Made by a program: the position numbers and the translations under genes. Below the pieces are notes generated by a model, which worked only from the letters and a program-made list of their open reading frames with translations, did no database searches and was not told the origin of the DNA. Of a stretch of 64,000 nt of DNA, positions 49,696 through 60,580 are shown piece by piece. The stretch is from a virus: IMG/VR virus record IMGVR_UViG_3300037520_001064, positions 1-64,000 of that record, one strand, 5' to 3'. The stretch's first letter is position 1; every line of letters starts with the position of its first letter.

Positions 49696-52600
49696 ATGAG
49701 TGTAATCTGTGCAGCTAATCCTTGCCCAATTTTACTAAGTGCATCCTGTGTATTTTACGAAGGACCTAACTTAGTATGTACTGGTATTAATACTAATGAA
49801 ACCCTTGAGTCTGCATTAAAGAAAATTAATGATAGACTGTGTTCTGGTGCTGGTGCTGATGGGACTAGTGGTACTTCGGGTACTAGTGGTTCGTCAGGAA
49901 CCTCAGGGACTAGTGGAACATCTGCTACTTCTGGAACTTCTGGTACCACAGGTACTAGTGGATCTTCTGGATCATCTGGTTCTTCTTCTACAAGTGGAAC
50001 AGGTGGTACAAGTGGAACATCAGGGACTAATGGTACTAGTGGAACAACAGGTTCTTCTGGGTCAAGTGGTACATCAGGAAGTAGTGGTACAACTGGTTCA
50101 AGTGGAACAAGTGGTAGCACAGGAACAAGTGGAAGCTCTGGAACTACTGGATCCTCTGGATCTTCAGGAACTGGAGGAACATCAGGAACCTCTGGTACTA
50201 CTGGGACAAGTGGTGTATCTGGTACAGATGGAACGAGTGGAACCTCAGGATTAAATGGTGATAGATATAGAACAGTTTCTACAGATTGCTTTACATTAGG
50301 TAACTCAGGAACTTTAGTTGTTGATACAGGATTGGCATACACTCCTGGTCAATCAATTGTTATTGCATATAATGCAACTAACTATCAAGAATCAATTGTA
50401 ACATCTTATAATCCTTTTACAGGAGATTTAACTTTTGCTGCTCCTACAGTGGTAGTCGGTAGTGGAAATTATTGTATATGGGATGTAAACTTGAATGGAT
50501 CTAGTGGTGGAGATGGATCTTCTGGAAGTTCTGGAACATCTGGTATTACAGGAACTAGCGGAACAACAGGTACCAGTGGAACTACTGGAACCAGTGGATC
50601 TAGTGGAACGTCAGGAAGCTCTGGATCAACAGGTACATCAGGTACAACAGGAACTAGCGGTTCTAGTGGAACATCTGGTGTGTCTGGAACAGATGGTACA
50701 TCTGGAACTAGTGGTTCAACAGGGACTAGCGGAAGTTCAGGTACTACTGGTACTAGTGGTTCAAGTGGGACCTCAGGCTCTGATGGAACAAGTGGGACAA
50801 GTGGAACAACAGGTACTTCAGGTACAAGTGGGTCTGCAGGTACTTCTGGTAGTTCAGGTACAGCAGGTACTACAGGAACATCAGGAACAAGTGGAACAGC
50901 TGGTAGTAGTGGATCTAGTGGACTAAATGGTTCTTCTGGAGCAGCTATAGCTAACTGGTATGCAAGTTATTCTGATAGTACAACACAAGTTGTTACTGCA
51001 GCAAACACTCCAACAGTTATTACATATAACACAACAGAAATAGCAAATGGTATCATTCTAGACTTTGGTCAACAGATTAGATATCCATATGCTGGTATAT
51101 ACGAAATAGGTTATTCTTTACAGGTAGAAAAGACACAAGGTGGTTCTGCTGCTGATGTAGAGATATGGCTTAGAAAGAATGGAAGTGATTTACTTAGATC
51201 AGACTCTATATTAGGTCTTTCTTCTAATAGTGTAAAACAACTTCCGTTTGTATCTATTATATTAGAACTTCAAGCTAATGATTATTTAGAAATAGTATTT
51301 GCTTCTGATTCACAACATGTACAACTTACAGCTGTTGCTGCACAAAGTAGTCCATATAATGTTCCTGCAGCTCCTTCTATTATTGTTGTAACAAAACAAA
51401 TAGGTGTTTCTGTAGGAAGTACATCTGGTTCAAGTGGAACTAGTGCTACCTCAGGTACCACTGGTACATCAGGAACATCTGGCTCTACAGGTACAAGTGG
51501 CTCTTCTGGAGTTGATGGTACTAGTGGAAGTAGCGGAACTAGTGGAAGCTCAGGCACATCAGGAACTGATGGTACAGGAGGAACTAGCGGTACTTCTGGT
51601 ACAACAGGAACAAGTGGTATAAGTGGAAGCAGTGGAACATCTGGTAGCTCAGGCTCTTCAGGAAGTTCAGGAACAAATGGATCTTCTGGTCTTGATGGAT
51701 CTTCAGGTACATCTGGCACAAGTGGATCTAGTGGATCTAGTGGCACAAGTGGTACTAGCGGTACAAATGGAACAGGTGGAACATCAGGAACTTCTGGAAG
51801 CTCAGGAAGCTCAGGAACTGCTGGTAGCTCTGGAACAGATGGAACAGGAGGTACAAGTGGCACTAGTGGAACAAGTGGAATAGATGGTACATCAGGTAGC
51901 AGTGGGTCTAGTGGAACAACTGGAACCTCAGGTTCAAGTGGTTCATCAGGATCAACAGGTACTTCTGGAACCAGCGGATCTGCAGGAACAAGTGGTACTT
52001 CTGGATTACAAGGAGATAGATTTGCTACAACATCTACTACATGTTTTACATTAGGAAATTCAGGAACAATAACTGTTGGAACAGGGTTAGCTTACACTGT
52101 TGCACAGTCTATCATAATAGCATACGATGCTAATAATTACCAAGAGTGTGAAGTGGTATCTTATAACCCTGGTACAGGTGTATTAGTATTTAGTGCTCCT
52201 ACAAGAACTGTTGGATCAGGATTCTACTGCTCATGGTTTGTTAACCTTGATGGTGCTACAGGAGGAGATGGAAGTAATGGTACATCAGGTACAAGCGGAT
52301 CTTCAGGTACAAGTGGAATTGATGGAACAAGTGGTACTACTGGAACCTCAGGTAGTTCTGGGACCACTGGAACAAGTGGAACTACAGGTACCTCTGGAAC
52401 AACTGGTACTTCTGGTTCATCAGGTACTTCAGGCTCATCTGGTATAAATGGAACAAATGGAACATCTGGTACAAGCGGTACTGCAGGATCTTCAGGCTCT
52501 AGTGGTACTTCAGGTACTAACGGAACTGGAGGAACTAGTGGAACTGCAGGAACATCTGGTTCTTCAGGATCTGCTGGTACTAGTGGAACCACAGGAACTA

Positions 52601-55600
52601 GTGGTACAAGTGGGTTCAATGGAACTTCTGGTACCTCTGGTGTAAACGGAACTAATGGAACTAGTGGTACAGCTGGAAGCTCTGGTACATCTGGCACTTC
52701 AGGAATAAATGGAACTAATGGTACAAGTGGAACGACTGGTACTAGTGGGACTTCTGGAAGTACAGGTACATCAGGAACCTCTGGTGTGAATGGAACAAAT
52801 GGAACTTCAGGCACTGCAGGTTCAAGTGGTACGACTGGTACATCAGGATCTAGTGGAATCAGTGGAACTAACGGTACTTCTGGCACTAGTGGTAGTTCAG
52901 GAATTGCTGGAACATCAGGTACCAGTGGGACAAGTGGTACTTCAAGTATACCTTGTTCAACTTGGAGATGGCAATGTGCAAATCCTCCAACTTCAGGAAG
53001 ATTCTATTTTGATAGTTGTAGTATAGGTGCATCAACTGAAGTATTAAATATATCAGAAACAAGTTTTGTAGGTATTGATTTCCAAGCAATATTTACATCA
53101 GCAATAATTAATAGTACTGTTTTAATTACAAATACTAGTGGTTCTCAATTCTGGTTTTATACCATTACATCTTTTACAGATAATGGTACTTACGACACTA
53201 TGAATTTGACATTACAAACATCTAATACTTCAATAGTACCAAGTGTTGGTCAAGTATTTAATTTGTGTTTCTTAGTAGGAGCAAGAGGAGCTGCTGGTTC
53301 AAATGGTACTTCAGGTACGTCAGGTACTAGTGGCACATCAGGAGTAAATGGAACATCAGGCACAACTGGAACTTCAGGTACATCAGGTGTGAATGGAACT
53401 AGTGGTACAAGCGGCATCAATGGTACCTCAGGAACTACTGGAACGTCTGGTAGTAGTGGTGTTAATGGGACATCAGGTACTAGTGGAACTAGTGGAATTA
53501 ATGGAACCTCTGGTACATCTGGAGTAAATGGAACAAGTGGTACCACTGGTACATCAGGTTCTTCTGGAATAAATGGTACTTCAGGAACTAGTGGGACTAC
53601 TGGTACATCTGGAACTAGCGGTACTAGAGGTACTTCTGGTACTTCTGGTGCACAAGGAAATAAAGGTGGACTATTATATACATTTAGTACAACAACAAGT
53701 TCAGGAACTACATCAGGTACTTTTAGATTTAATAATGGTACAATTGGTTCTGTAACTACAGTGTATATTAATAATACAACAACTGATGGTGCAAACGTTG
53801 TTAGTTACTTAAGTGCAATAGGTAATGCACTTTCTACACCTAGAGGATATATTATCATACAAAGTAACACCAATAATGATAATACTTATGCAATATTCTC
53901 ATTCTCAGCTGTTTCAACATCTTCTGAAGTTGCTTACACTGTAACTTATATTTCAGGTACATTACCAAGTAATAATGAAGTTTGTGTAATTAGCTTTAAT
54001 AGAACAGGTGATCCTGGTTCTAGTGGTACTTCTGGAACTACTGGAACATCGGGAACCACAGGTACTAGCGGTACTTCAGGTGTTAATGGAACATCTGGAA
54101 CAAGTGGAGTAAATGGAACCAGCGGCACAAGTGGTGTTAATGGTACAAGTGGTACTTCTGGAATCAATGGAACTAGTGGTTCTTCAGGTATTAATGGTAC
54201 GTCTGGTACATCAGGTATAAATGGCACAAGTGGCACAACTGGGACTTCTGGAACTAGTGGTATTAATGGTGCTCCTGGTACTTCAGGAACGTCTGGTACA
54301 ACTGGTACGTCTGGTACAAGTGGTACTAGAGGGACATCAGGTACATCTGGAGTTAATGGTGCTAATGGAACAAACGGTACTAGTGGAACGTCTGGAGTGA
54401 ACGGAGCTAATGGTTCTAATGGAACTAGCGGAACATCTGGTCTTAATGGAGCAAGTGGATCATCAGGAACTAGCGGAGTGAATGGTGCAAATGGTAGCAG
54501 TGGTACATCAGGTGTAAATGGAGCTAATGGTAGCTCTGGAACTTCTGGTGTCAATGGTGCTCCTGGTGCAGATGGTACAAGTGGTACATCTGGTAGTTCA
54601 GGTGTAAGTGGTGGAGGAGCTTCTTGTCCTGATGTAGTTAGAATAGCTGCTATGTCTGGAAGATTTACAGTAGGATCACTTAATGCTCCTAACTTATCTA
54701 AAATGTTTTCAGGTAATAATGGTATTGGTTGGAGTTATGGTCTTTACGACAATGGTGTTTCTACTGATGGAAGTGGTGTTTTACTTAGTATTAAAAATGA
54801 CAATTCTTATCTTGCAATTCCACTTCCTACAGATTTTGTTCCTGGAGATATTATTAAAATATGTGGAAATGCTAAAGTTGATCAGGCAAAGTTAGGTAAT
54901 GATAATTTTTATGTAGGTGTTGGATATGTTAGTTGTTCAGATTTCTTAACAGGAAATGATCCTTTGATAAATACATTAATTCCTACAAGTGCTACAGCTT
55001 ATACTAATCCTGGAGTTGTTTGTTTTTCTGAACAAGTAGAATTAAATCAAATACTTCCTGCTTGTGATACAATGTTAATTGTAGCAATGACATCAGCAAA
55101 TGATAGTGAAACAGAAGTTACAACTCGATTTACATATACATTAGATGGAATTAAATATTGTAATGGACCTAATTTATTAATTAGACTTTGTTGTGATCAA
55201 GCATATTCTGAAGTGATTGTAAATAATGGTGTAGCTGTTGGTGCTTCTTTTGTTGATACAGATGGATATTGTTGGACAGTGTACGAAGAAACACAACTTA
55301 GTGTTACAGGAGTTAGAACTAAATCTATCGAATATGGTGATTGTGAAGCATGTACATTTGACAATCCTTGTACTCCTAATTACGAAGTTAAATCTTGTTG
55401 TCAAATAGCAAATCAAATTTTTGTTCCAGTATTGCCAGGAGTGGGTGTTGGTGATACATTTGTTGATACATATGGAAACTGTTGGTATGTTGAAACTACT
55501 ACTTTCACACCTATAACAAATGTTGTATATGCTGATACTGTATATAGTGCAACTAGTTGTGAAAGTTCGGTTTGTCAAACTGCTAATCCTTGTCCTACAT

Positions 55601-56079
55601 TTTATGGATTACAATCATGTTGTATATTTAGAAACCAAGATGCTTTAGGTGGAGTTACAAGTTCTGCAATAATTGGAACTACTTATGCTGTAAATGATGT
55701 ATTTGTTGACCAATTTGGTTTTTGTTGGAAGATTAAAACTCAATTAGAAAATCCTGAATTCCCTAGTCTAGCATTTATAAGTCCTACTAGCGATTATGTT
55801 GATTGTGATGCTTGTTTAACAACTAACCCTTGTCCAGAATCAGTATTCTATGTATTACAAGAATGTTGTACAGGAGATATTGAAGTATGGGAAAGTCCTG
55901 ATGCTTATAATATAGGAGCTACATTAGCTGTTTTTGATCCTACAGATACAATCAAATATTGTTATAAAATATTATCATTTGATTTCACAGGTCCAGCAAC
56001 AATAACATTTGGAACAATAACTGGAAATTATTCAGATTGTCAATCATGTATAGAGAACTGGACTGGACCATGTCCATAA
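49696..56079 (+). CDS. giant fibre protein with (Gly-Thr/Ser-Ser)n collagen-like repeats and Cys-rich C-terminal repeats
   Basis: 2127 aa. Six Gly-X-Y blocks are separated by globular domains. It has the shared N-terminal anchor module and four C-terminal CC...C[WY] repeats. Confidence 0.8.
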   Translation: MSVICAANPCPILLSASCVFYEGPNLVCTGINTNETLESALKKINDRLCSGAGADGTSGTSGTSGSSGTSGTSGTSATSGTSGTTGTSGSSGSSGSSSTSGTGGTSGTSGTNGTSGTTGSSGSSGTSGSSGTTGSSGTSGSTGTSGSSGTTGSSGSSGTGGTSGTSGTTGTSGVSGTDGTSGTSGLNGDRYRTVSTDCFTLGNSGTLVVDTGLAYTPGQSIVIAYNATNYQESIVTSYNPFTGDLTFAAPTVVVGSGNYCIWDVNLNGSSGGDGSSGSSGTSGITGTSGTTGTSGTTGTSGSSGTSGSSGSTGTSGTTGTSGSSGTSGVSGTDGTSGTSGSTGTSGSSGTTGTSGSSGTSGSDGTSGTSGTTGTSGTSGSAGTSGSSGTAGTTGTSGTSGTAGSSGSSGLNGSSGAAIANWYASYSDSTTQVVTAANTPTVITYNTTEIANGIILDFGQQIRYPYAGIYEIGYSLQVEKTQGGSAADVEIWLRKNGSDLLRSDSILGLSSNSVKQLPFVSIILELQANDYLEIVFASDSQHVQLTAVAAQSSPYNVPAAPSIIVVTKQIGVSVGSTSGSSGTSATSGTTGTSGTSGSTGTSGSSGVDGTSGSSGTSGSSGTSGTDGTGGTSGTSGTTGTSGISGSSGTSGSSGSSGSSGTNGSSGLDGSSGTSGTSGSSGSSGTSGTSGTNGTGGTSGTSGSSGSSGTAGSSGTDGTGGTSGTSGTSGIDGTSGSSGSSGTTGTSGSSGSSGSTGTSGTSGSAGTSGTSGLQGDRFATTSTTCFTLGNSGTITVGTGLAYTVAQSIIIAYDANNYQECEVVSYNPGTGVLVFSAPTRTVGSGFYCSWFVNLDGATGGDGSNGTSGTSGSSGTSGIDGTSGTTGTSGSSGTTGTSGTTGTSGTTGTSGSSGTSGSSGINGTNGTSGTSGTAGSSGSSGTSGTNGTGGTSGTAGTSGSSGSAGTSGTTGTSGTSGFNGTSGTSGVNGTNGTSGTAGSSGTSGTSGINGTNGTSGTTGTSGTSGSTGTSGTSGVNGTNGTSGTAGSSGTTGTSGSSGISGTNGTSGTSGSSGIAGTSGTSGTSGTSSIPCSTWRWQCANPPTSGRFYFDSCSIGASTEVLNISETSFVGIDFQAIFTSAIINSTVLITNTSGSQFWFYTITSFTDNGTYDTMNLTLQTSNTSIVPSVGQVFNLCFLVGARGAAGSNGTSGTSGTSGTSGVNGTSGTTGTSGTSGVNGTSGTSGINGTSGTTGTSGSSGVNGTSGTSGTSGINGTSGTSGVNGTSGTTGTSGSSGINGTSGTSGTTGTSGTSGTRGTSGTSGAQGNKGGLLYTFSTTTSSGTTSGTFRFNNGTIGSVTTVYINNTTTDGANVVSYLSAIGNALSTPRGYIIIQSNTNNDNTYAIFSFSAVSTSSEVAYTVTYISGTLPSNNEVCVISFNRTGDPGSSGTSGTTGTSGTTGTSGTSGVNGTSGTSGVNGTSGTSGVNGTSGTSGINGTSGSSGINGTSGTSGINGTSGTTGTSGTSGINGAPGTSGTSGTTGTSGTSGTRGTSGTSGVNGANGTNGTSGTSGVNGANGSNGTSGTSGLNGASGSSGTSGVNGANGSSGTSGVNGANGSSGTSGVNGAPGADGTSGTSGSSGVSGGGASCPDVVRIAAMSGRFTVGSLNAPNLSKMFSGNNGIGWSYGLYDNGVSTDGSGVLLSIKNDNSYLAIPLPTDFVPGDIIKICGNAKVDQAKLGNDNFYVGVGYVSCSDFLTGNDPLINTLIPTSATAYTNPGVVCFSEQVELNQILPACDTMLIVAMTSANDSETEVTTRFTYTLDGIKYCNGPNLLIRLCCDQAYSEVIVNNGVAVGASFVDTDGYCWTVYEETQLSVTGVRTKSIEYGDCEACTFDNPCTPNYEVKSCCQIANQIFVPVLPGVGVGDTFVDTYGNCWYVETTTFTPITNVVYADTVYSATSCESSVCQTANPCPTFYGLQSCCIFRNQDALGGVTSSAIIGTTYAVNDVFVDQFGFCWKIKTQLENPEFPSLAFISPTSDYVDCDACLTTNPCPESVFYVLQECCTGDIEVWESPDAYNIGATLAVFDPTDTIKYCYKILSFDFTGPATITFGTITGNYSDCQSCIENWTGPCP
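49852..54610 (+). repeat. degenerate 9-nt-period (GGN ACN/AGT/TCN) coding repeats in six blocks
   Basis: [15 protein letters not shown] triplets with Gly every third residue and heavily varied synonymous codons. Confidence 0.9.
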
Positions 56080-56080
56080 T

Positions 56081-56112
56081 AAAAAAAGCTCCTATTTAAG
56101 GAGCTTTTTTAT
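56081..56112. terminator. bidirectional Rho-independent terminator
   Basis: AAAAAAAGCTCCT-ATTTA-AGGAGCTTTTTT between convergent genes. It overlaps the last codons of the minus-strand gene. Confidence 0.85.
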
Positions 56113-59100
56113 TTCATCTATAACCATTCTTGGTGTAACACTCTTCTGACATTCGAACTGTCTCTCTGTTCCTTTGTGAACAGGACACCAGTCCCAATCT
56201 CCTTTATCAAATGTATACTGTGGATCATTCCAACATCCATGGCATACATTTGTATTTACTGGCCTATGGCATTGGAACTCGTGATTGGCATCAGTGAAGT
56301 TAGAGATCATGATCACTTCTTTATTCAATCCCCAAGCTAACCAGCTAAGCCCACTAGATAGTCCTATAAAGAACTGGCTGTGTACAATACAATCAATTGT
56401 ATTCTCCATAGACTTATCATATAGCACTGCACAATTATCAAATGGATTATCCTCTAATGATGTATTCACTACAGAATATCCAACTGTGTGTAAATAATTA
56501 ATAATCTCTTGCCAGTTTTCTCTGGTCCAGAACTTACATCCAGCTGTTGAGTTAGTTGCTATTGCTACATATTTATCATCAGGATGTTGTGGACGTGTTT
56601 TATAAGTTATTCTTGGTTTGATTTCTTTGTATGGAAGGCCAAGAATGTTTGTAGCTGCTTTCTGTAATGGGATAGTGTTAGGAAGCTCAGGCTCTTTGTT
56701 TTCATTATAGAACCAACCAAGCTTATACATTGCGTACAGATTAGTTACATTGGTCCCTGGCTCAACAAACTCTAACATTGGATATTCAGATTCAAACAAG
56801 AAGTTCTTGAATGTACTTACTACTACATCACAGTTGTGTGCACATCTAAACTCTTCTACGTATGGCATCCAAGCTATTGTATCTCCTAAAGAAGAGCTCT
56901 CAAAAGAAATATAAACTCTCTTACCATCTAGGTTCAGAAGTTTATCATACACCTTCTCTCCATCTTTATACACTACAGTTCTCCAATTGGTATAATACTC
57001 TCTAGCAAGTTTTACCCAATGATTACACTTTAAATTATCATGATATACTAAAGTGGGACCATCATAAAACTCTACAGTGAAATCACTTGTAGATGTACCA
57101 GTTATCTCTAAGAATGGTTGGCCTACGAAATGTTGTGTTATATTCCAATCTTTTATATTATTTTTGTGTGGAATAGTGGACACTGCATGCTTATACAGAT
57201 TTAAGTTAGCATTAGCAAAGTTTAACGATGTGTTGTTAGTTGGTATAGGGTAATTTGCAGGAGTCTCTAGAAGACTTCTTATTTGTGAAGCAATCATAGT
57301 AGGATCTAAATCAGTTATATAATTAGTGAACATATCTTTATATTGAGGAAGGTTTCTGGCCAGAATACTCTTACCGTAACTAATGGCTTCTCGGATAACA
57401 AGAGGATTACATTCCCATGTAGAGTTAAACATAAATACATCTGCAGCTTTCATAAACACATGTGCATCTATTCTCTCTCCCCATACAGTAACATTCTCAG
57501 GAATATTCTCCATTAATGGTTCCCAGTAGTCTATAAAGTTACCAGCTTGGTTACCTACAAAGTGGAAGTGCACATCTGGCATCTGTCTAGCTACTTCTAA
57601 TCCTTCTCCCTGGTTCTTTCCTCTGGTCCAAAGTCCTATGTTTACAACATGCTTCTTTGTAAGATCCATTCCTAGATTTGATTGTGCACCAACTTTTTCA
57701 TTCCATCCCATGAAATTAAATTCAATAGGGTATTCAATCACTTGTTTATATCCATCTACACTAGCAAATGTATCTAAATGATAAGGACTACAGAATGCAA
57801 ATGCATCTGGTATAAACATCTTAGTCTCTGGTACAAAAGAAACATCATGACATGTTTCTACTATTCTATATGATCTATTATCAGAGTATAATCTAATAAC
57901 CATGTCTCTATTAAGTCTTTCAGACATTTCATCTATATGGATGACATCAGGTTTAAAATGGTCTATAACCGTAAAAAGTTCCATTTTATCCTCATACAAT
58001 GTGTGTACAGGCACAATGTCCATGATCTGATCTCTCTGTACAACAAAGTCTAAACTATGACATTGATACTCTACAACAAAGATTTCTACGTCTGTAGAAT
58101 CTTTCAATGCTTGTATTCTCTTAAGAAGAAACTGAGGCATACCACCTGTTGACAAGTGAGGAGCTAGAAATAATATTCTCAAAGGATTAGACATTTTAGA
58201 TGGTAGTTTAGACATTATTTTAGACATTGCTACAGGATCTTTCTCTCCATGTAAGAAGAATAACTGATCTTCACTCTCTGGTAATTTAAACCATGATTCT
58301 AAATAAGATCCCCAATTATCTTCATTATATATCCTATCTAATTTATCAAGACTAGCATTAACATATATGTAAGGAAGACCATCTAAGAACTTATGTTTCC
58401 ATAACAACACATTCACTATTGTCTCTTCATGATAGGGAGCATAGTATTGAGGGTTCTTCAACACCTCTGGGTGATTACACATCCAGCTCCACTCATCTAA
58501 GAATGGTATAGTATTCTGACCAGCTACAAAGTAACCAGTTTGTCTATACTTCTGTCTAATAGATTGATCTATACCAAACAATTCACATGCTGGAGCTTCA
58601 AGACTTTTATGTAAGTTCTCTCTTCCAATTACAACACCTCTACCATTGATTAACAAATAGTCATAGATTCCCTCTGTGAAATATGGAAACTCTGAACTTG
58701 TAGGATAGTAATTGAATATTCTATCTACATATCTTGTAGCTACACTATCAGAATCTACATAACAAACTGTCTTTGCAAATCTTTCAAGAGCATCTTTAAC
58801 TATAAGAGGTCTTTGTATTAACAACTTATATACATCACTCTTGTTTCTATCTATGTAAGTTCCTTTTGGTATATCTTCTACATCACACTTCCACCATACA
58901 GTATATGCACCAGGTACTTCTTTATAATCATCTAGCATATACACTAGCACAGGAATATCACTCACCTTCTTAATACTCTCTACAGCCATACATACAACAC
59001 TGTGATAAGATGCATTTGCATATAATACATACATTTTTTCTTCTTTTCGATGTGTATGCGTATAATACCCATAGTATTCATTTCTGTATATGCAACTAAG

Positions 59101-59550
59101 TTCTGGATATCTTTCACCCATCACTTCATGTGTAAGGTCTGGTTGGTAATGAGTCTCATGAATATTACCTTCATGTTCCCCTTGTTCCATTTCATATGGT
59201 ATAGCAACTAAGCATTCTTTCTTTGCATTAACAATATCTCTGATCAACTCTTTTGCATAGTTTGTAGGAATGTGTTCTAACACATCTCCTAGAATAATAA
59301 AGTCATAATCCTTGATATCAAATGTAACAATGCTTCCTATAAAGACATTATCATATTTCTCTCTCAACCCATACTTCTCTATGTAGGGTTCATAGATTTC
59401 TACAGCATCCATTCTATATCCTAATGAACGCAATAAGTCTGAATAAGTCCCTATTCCAGGGCCCACATCTAGTATTCTTTTACTAGTAGGAACGTTCTCA
59501 AGAAACCACTCTTTCACTTCTTCTTTGAAGTAGGTAAAACTGTAAGGCAT
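56092..59550 (-). CDS. multidomain SAM methyltransferase + GT-A glycosyltransferase + GT-B (GT4-like) + AAH/TibC-like protein O-glycosyltransferase
   Basis: ILDVGPGIG...DVLEH (class I MTase); YVDSD and HEETIVN (GT-A); HLSTGGMPQ, KNQ and STWECNPLVIREA (GT-B); SLGDTIAW, FFIGLSSGLSWLAW, ISNFT and CHGCWN...CP.HKGTERQFEC (autotransporter heptosyltransferase family). Confidence 0.85.
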   Translation of the reverse strand: MPYSFTYFKEEVKEWFLENVPTSKRILDVGPGIGTYSDLLRSLGYRMDAVEIYEPYIEKYGLREKYDNVFIGSIVTFDIKDYDFIILGDVLEHIPTNYAKELIRDIVNAKKECLVAIPYEMEQGEHEGNIHETHYQPDLTHEVMGERYPELSCIYRNEYYGYYTHTHRKEEKMYVLYANASYHSVVCMAVESIKKVSDIPVLVYMLDDYKEVPGAYTVWWKCDVEDIPKGTYIDRNKSDVYKLLIQRPLIVKDALERFAKTVCYVDSDSVATRYVDRIFNYYPTSSEFPYFTEGIYDYLLINGRGVVIGRENLHKSLEAPACELFGIDQSIRQKYRQTGYFVAGQNTIPFLDEWSWMCNHPEVLKNPQYYAPYHEETIVNVLLWKHKFLDGLPYIYVNASLDKLDRIYNEDNWGSYLESWFKLPESEDQLFFLHGEKDPVAMSKIMSKLPSKMSNPLRILFLAPHLSTGGMPQFLLKRIQALKDSTDVEIFVVEYQCHSLDFVVQRDQIMDIVPVHTLYEDKMELFTVIDHFKPDVIHIDEMSERLNRDMVIRLYSDNRSYRIVETCHDVSFVPETKMFIPDAFAFCSPYHLDTFASVDGYKQVIEYPIEFNFMGWNEKVGAQSNLGMDLTKKHVVNIGLWTRGKNQGEGLEVARQMPDVHFHFVGNQAGNFIDYWEPLMENIPENVTVWGERIDAHVFMKAADVFMFNSTWECNPLVIREAISYGKSILARNLPQYKDMFTNYITDLDPTMIASQIRSLLETPANYPIPTNNTSLNFANANLNLYKHAVSTIPHKNNIKDWNITQHFVGQPFLEITGTSTSDFTVEFYDGPTLVYHDNLKCNHWVKLAREYYTNWRTVVYKDGEKVYDKLLNLDGKRVYISFESSSLGDTIAWMPYVEEFRCAHNCDVVVSTFKNFLFESEYPMLEFVEPGTNVTNLYAMYKLGWFYNENKEPELPNTIPLQKAATNILGLPYKEIKPRITYKTRPQHPDDKYVAIATNSTAGCKFWTRENWQEIINYLHTVGYSVVNTSLEDNPFDNCAVLYDKSMENTIDCIVHSQFFIGLSSGLSWLAWGLNKEVIMISNFTDANHEFQCHRPVNTNVCHGCWNDPQYTFDKGDWDWCPVHKGTERQFECQKSVTPRMVIDEIKKLLK

Positions 59551-59569
59551 AGTGTTGATTTTTTAAAAA

Positions 59570-59577
59570 CAAAGGTA
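59570..59577 (-). promoter_or_regulatory. possible -7 element for the glycosyltransferase gene
   Basis: TACCTTTG on the minus strand, 19 nt upstream of the start codon. Confidence 0.45.
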
Positions 59578-59630
59578 TGAAAAATATATTTATATTATGC
59601 TATATTATGCTGGAATTTATTTTCAACTAC

Positions 59631-59661
59631 TTCGTTATTCCAAATATAAAATTTATATTTG
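59631..59661 (+). promoter_or_regulatory. probable promoter of lysis cassette
   Basis: TTCG-N19-TATATTTG. The -7 element is one arm of the palindrome CAAATATAAA-A-TTTATATTTG. Confidence 0.5.
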
Positions 59662-59733
59662 CTTGATATAATGGTATAATCATTGCATCGTTGCATCTAT
59701 GCATGCGTGTGCTATACTAATCCCTTAACCCAT

Positions 59734-60051
59734 ATGGAAAACGCATTTGAATCACAAGTTGAAAAAGAATTAAAAAGCATGGACCAACGACTGTATGATC
59801 TAGAGGAGAAAATGACTTCAATAGACACTAAGCTAACACAAGTAGTGGATGCAATATTAGGAAATGCTCTTACTAAAACAGGAGGATTTGTTGCTGACAT
59901 AAATGAGCTTAAAGATAGAATCAGAGATTTAGAAAATAAGCTTCAAAAACAAGAAGAGTTTAAGAAACGATTTACCTGGACAGTAGGTATAATCGTAGGG
60001 ATTGGTATCTTGATACAATACTTATCTACACTATATAGAAATATTAAATAA
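59734..60051 (+). CDS. coiled-coil protein with C-terminal TM helix (lysis-associated membrane protein)
   Basis: ATG at 59734 is preferred over TTG at 59683. Heptad repeats are followed by FTWTVGIIVGIGILIQYL. Confidence 0.65.
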   Translation: MENAFESQVEKELKSMDQRLYDLEEKMTSIDTKLTQVVDAILGNALTKTGGFVADINELKDRIRDLENKLQKQEEFKKRFTWTVGIIVGIGILIQYLSTLYRNIK

Positions 60052-60251
60052 TGAGCACAAGAGAAAAGGTAGATCTATTTTTAAACAAATGGGTGAGCAG
60101 AAAACTCACTGTATTTGTTGTAGGTTCTATTGCTCTATTCCTTGGAAACTTAACATCTTCTGATTGGGTGATTATTGCAACAGCATACATTGCTATTGAA
60201 GGTGCTACAAATATAGTTGAGCGTGTAATGAAAGCTAAAGGATCAGCATGA
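60051..60251 (+). CDS. putative holin
   Basis: 66 aa with an SRKL motif, two hydrophobic helices and a basic C-terminus, within the lysis cassette. Confidence 0.65.
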   Translation: MSTREKVDLFLNKWVSRKLTVFVVGSIALFLGNLTSSDWVIIATAYIAIEGATNIVERVMKAKGSA

Positions 60252-60580
60252 TACTACTAAATAGATTTCTTGATAGCTTAGAGAAACAATGGCTTGCTGT
60301 TGTTGTTGCTGCATTATGGCTATTCAGTTACACTGCATCTCAAGAAAAGAACTCTGCTCTAATTGAACAAACTAAGAATCTAGAAACACAAGTGCTAATT
60401 CTTGAAGAACAAGCTCACAAGTCTGCTAAGATTATAGATAGCTTATCTAGAGTAGATACAGTGATTGTTACAAAGATTAAAACCATTAAACAAAAAGAAT
60501 ATGTACAGATTAAAGTTATTGATAGTCTTCCTATTAGTGGGCTTCAAAAGTTTTTCTCAGACCGCTATCCTCAAAGATAG
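60248..60580 (+). CDS. putative inner-membrane spanin (Rz-like)
   Basis: N-terminal TM helix followed by a coiled coil. It overlaps the next gene by 80 nt. Confidence 0.5.
   Translation: MILLNRFLDSLEKQWLAVVVAALWLFSYTASQEKNSALIEQTKNLETQVLILEEQAHKSAKIIDSLSRVDTVIVTKIKTIKQKEYVQIKVIDSLPISGLQKFFSDRYPQR

Noticed and set aside
49755-54554. Minus-strand (PLV/PEV/PDV)n ORFs
   Set aside because: They are the antisense reading of the Gly-Thr-Ser repeats and have no independent start signals.
49852-54610. Possible CRISPR array or DNA tandem repeat
   Set aside because: There is no constant repeat with unique spacers. Periodicity is 9 nt, in frame and synonymous-variable, so it is a protein-level repeat.
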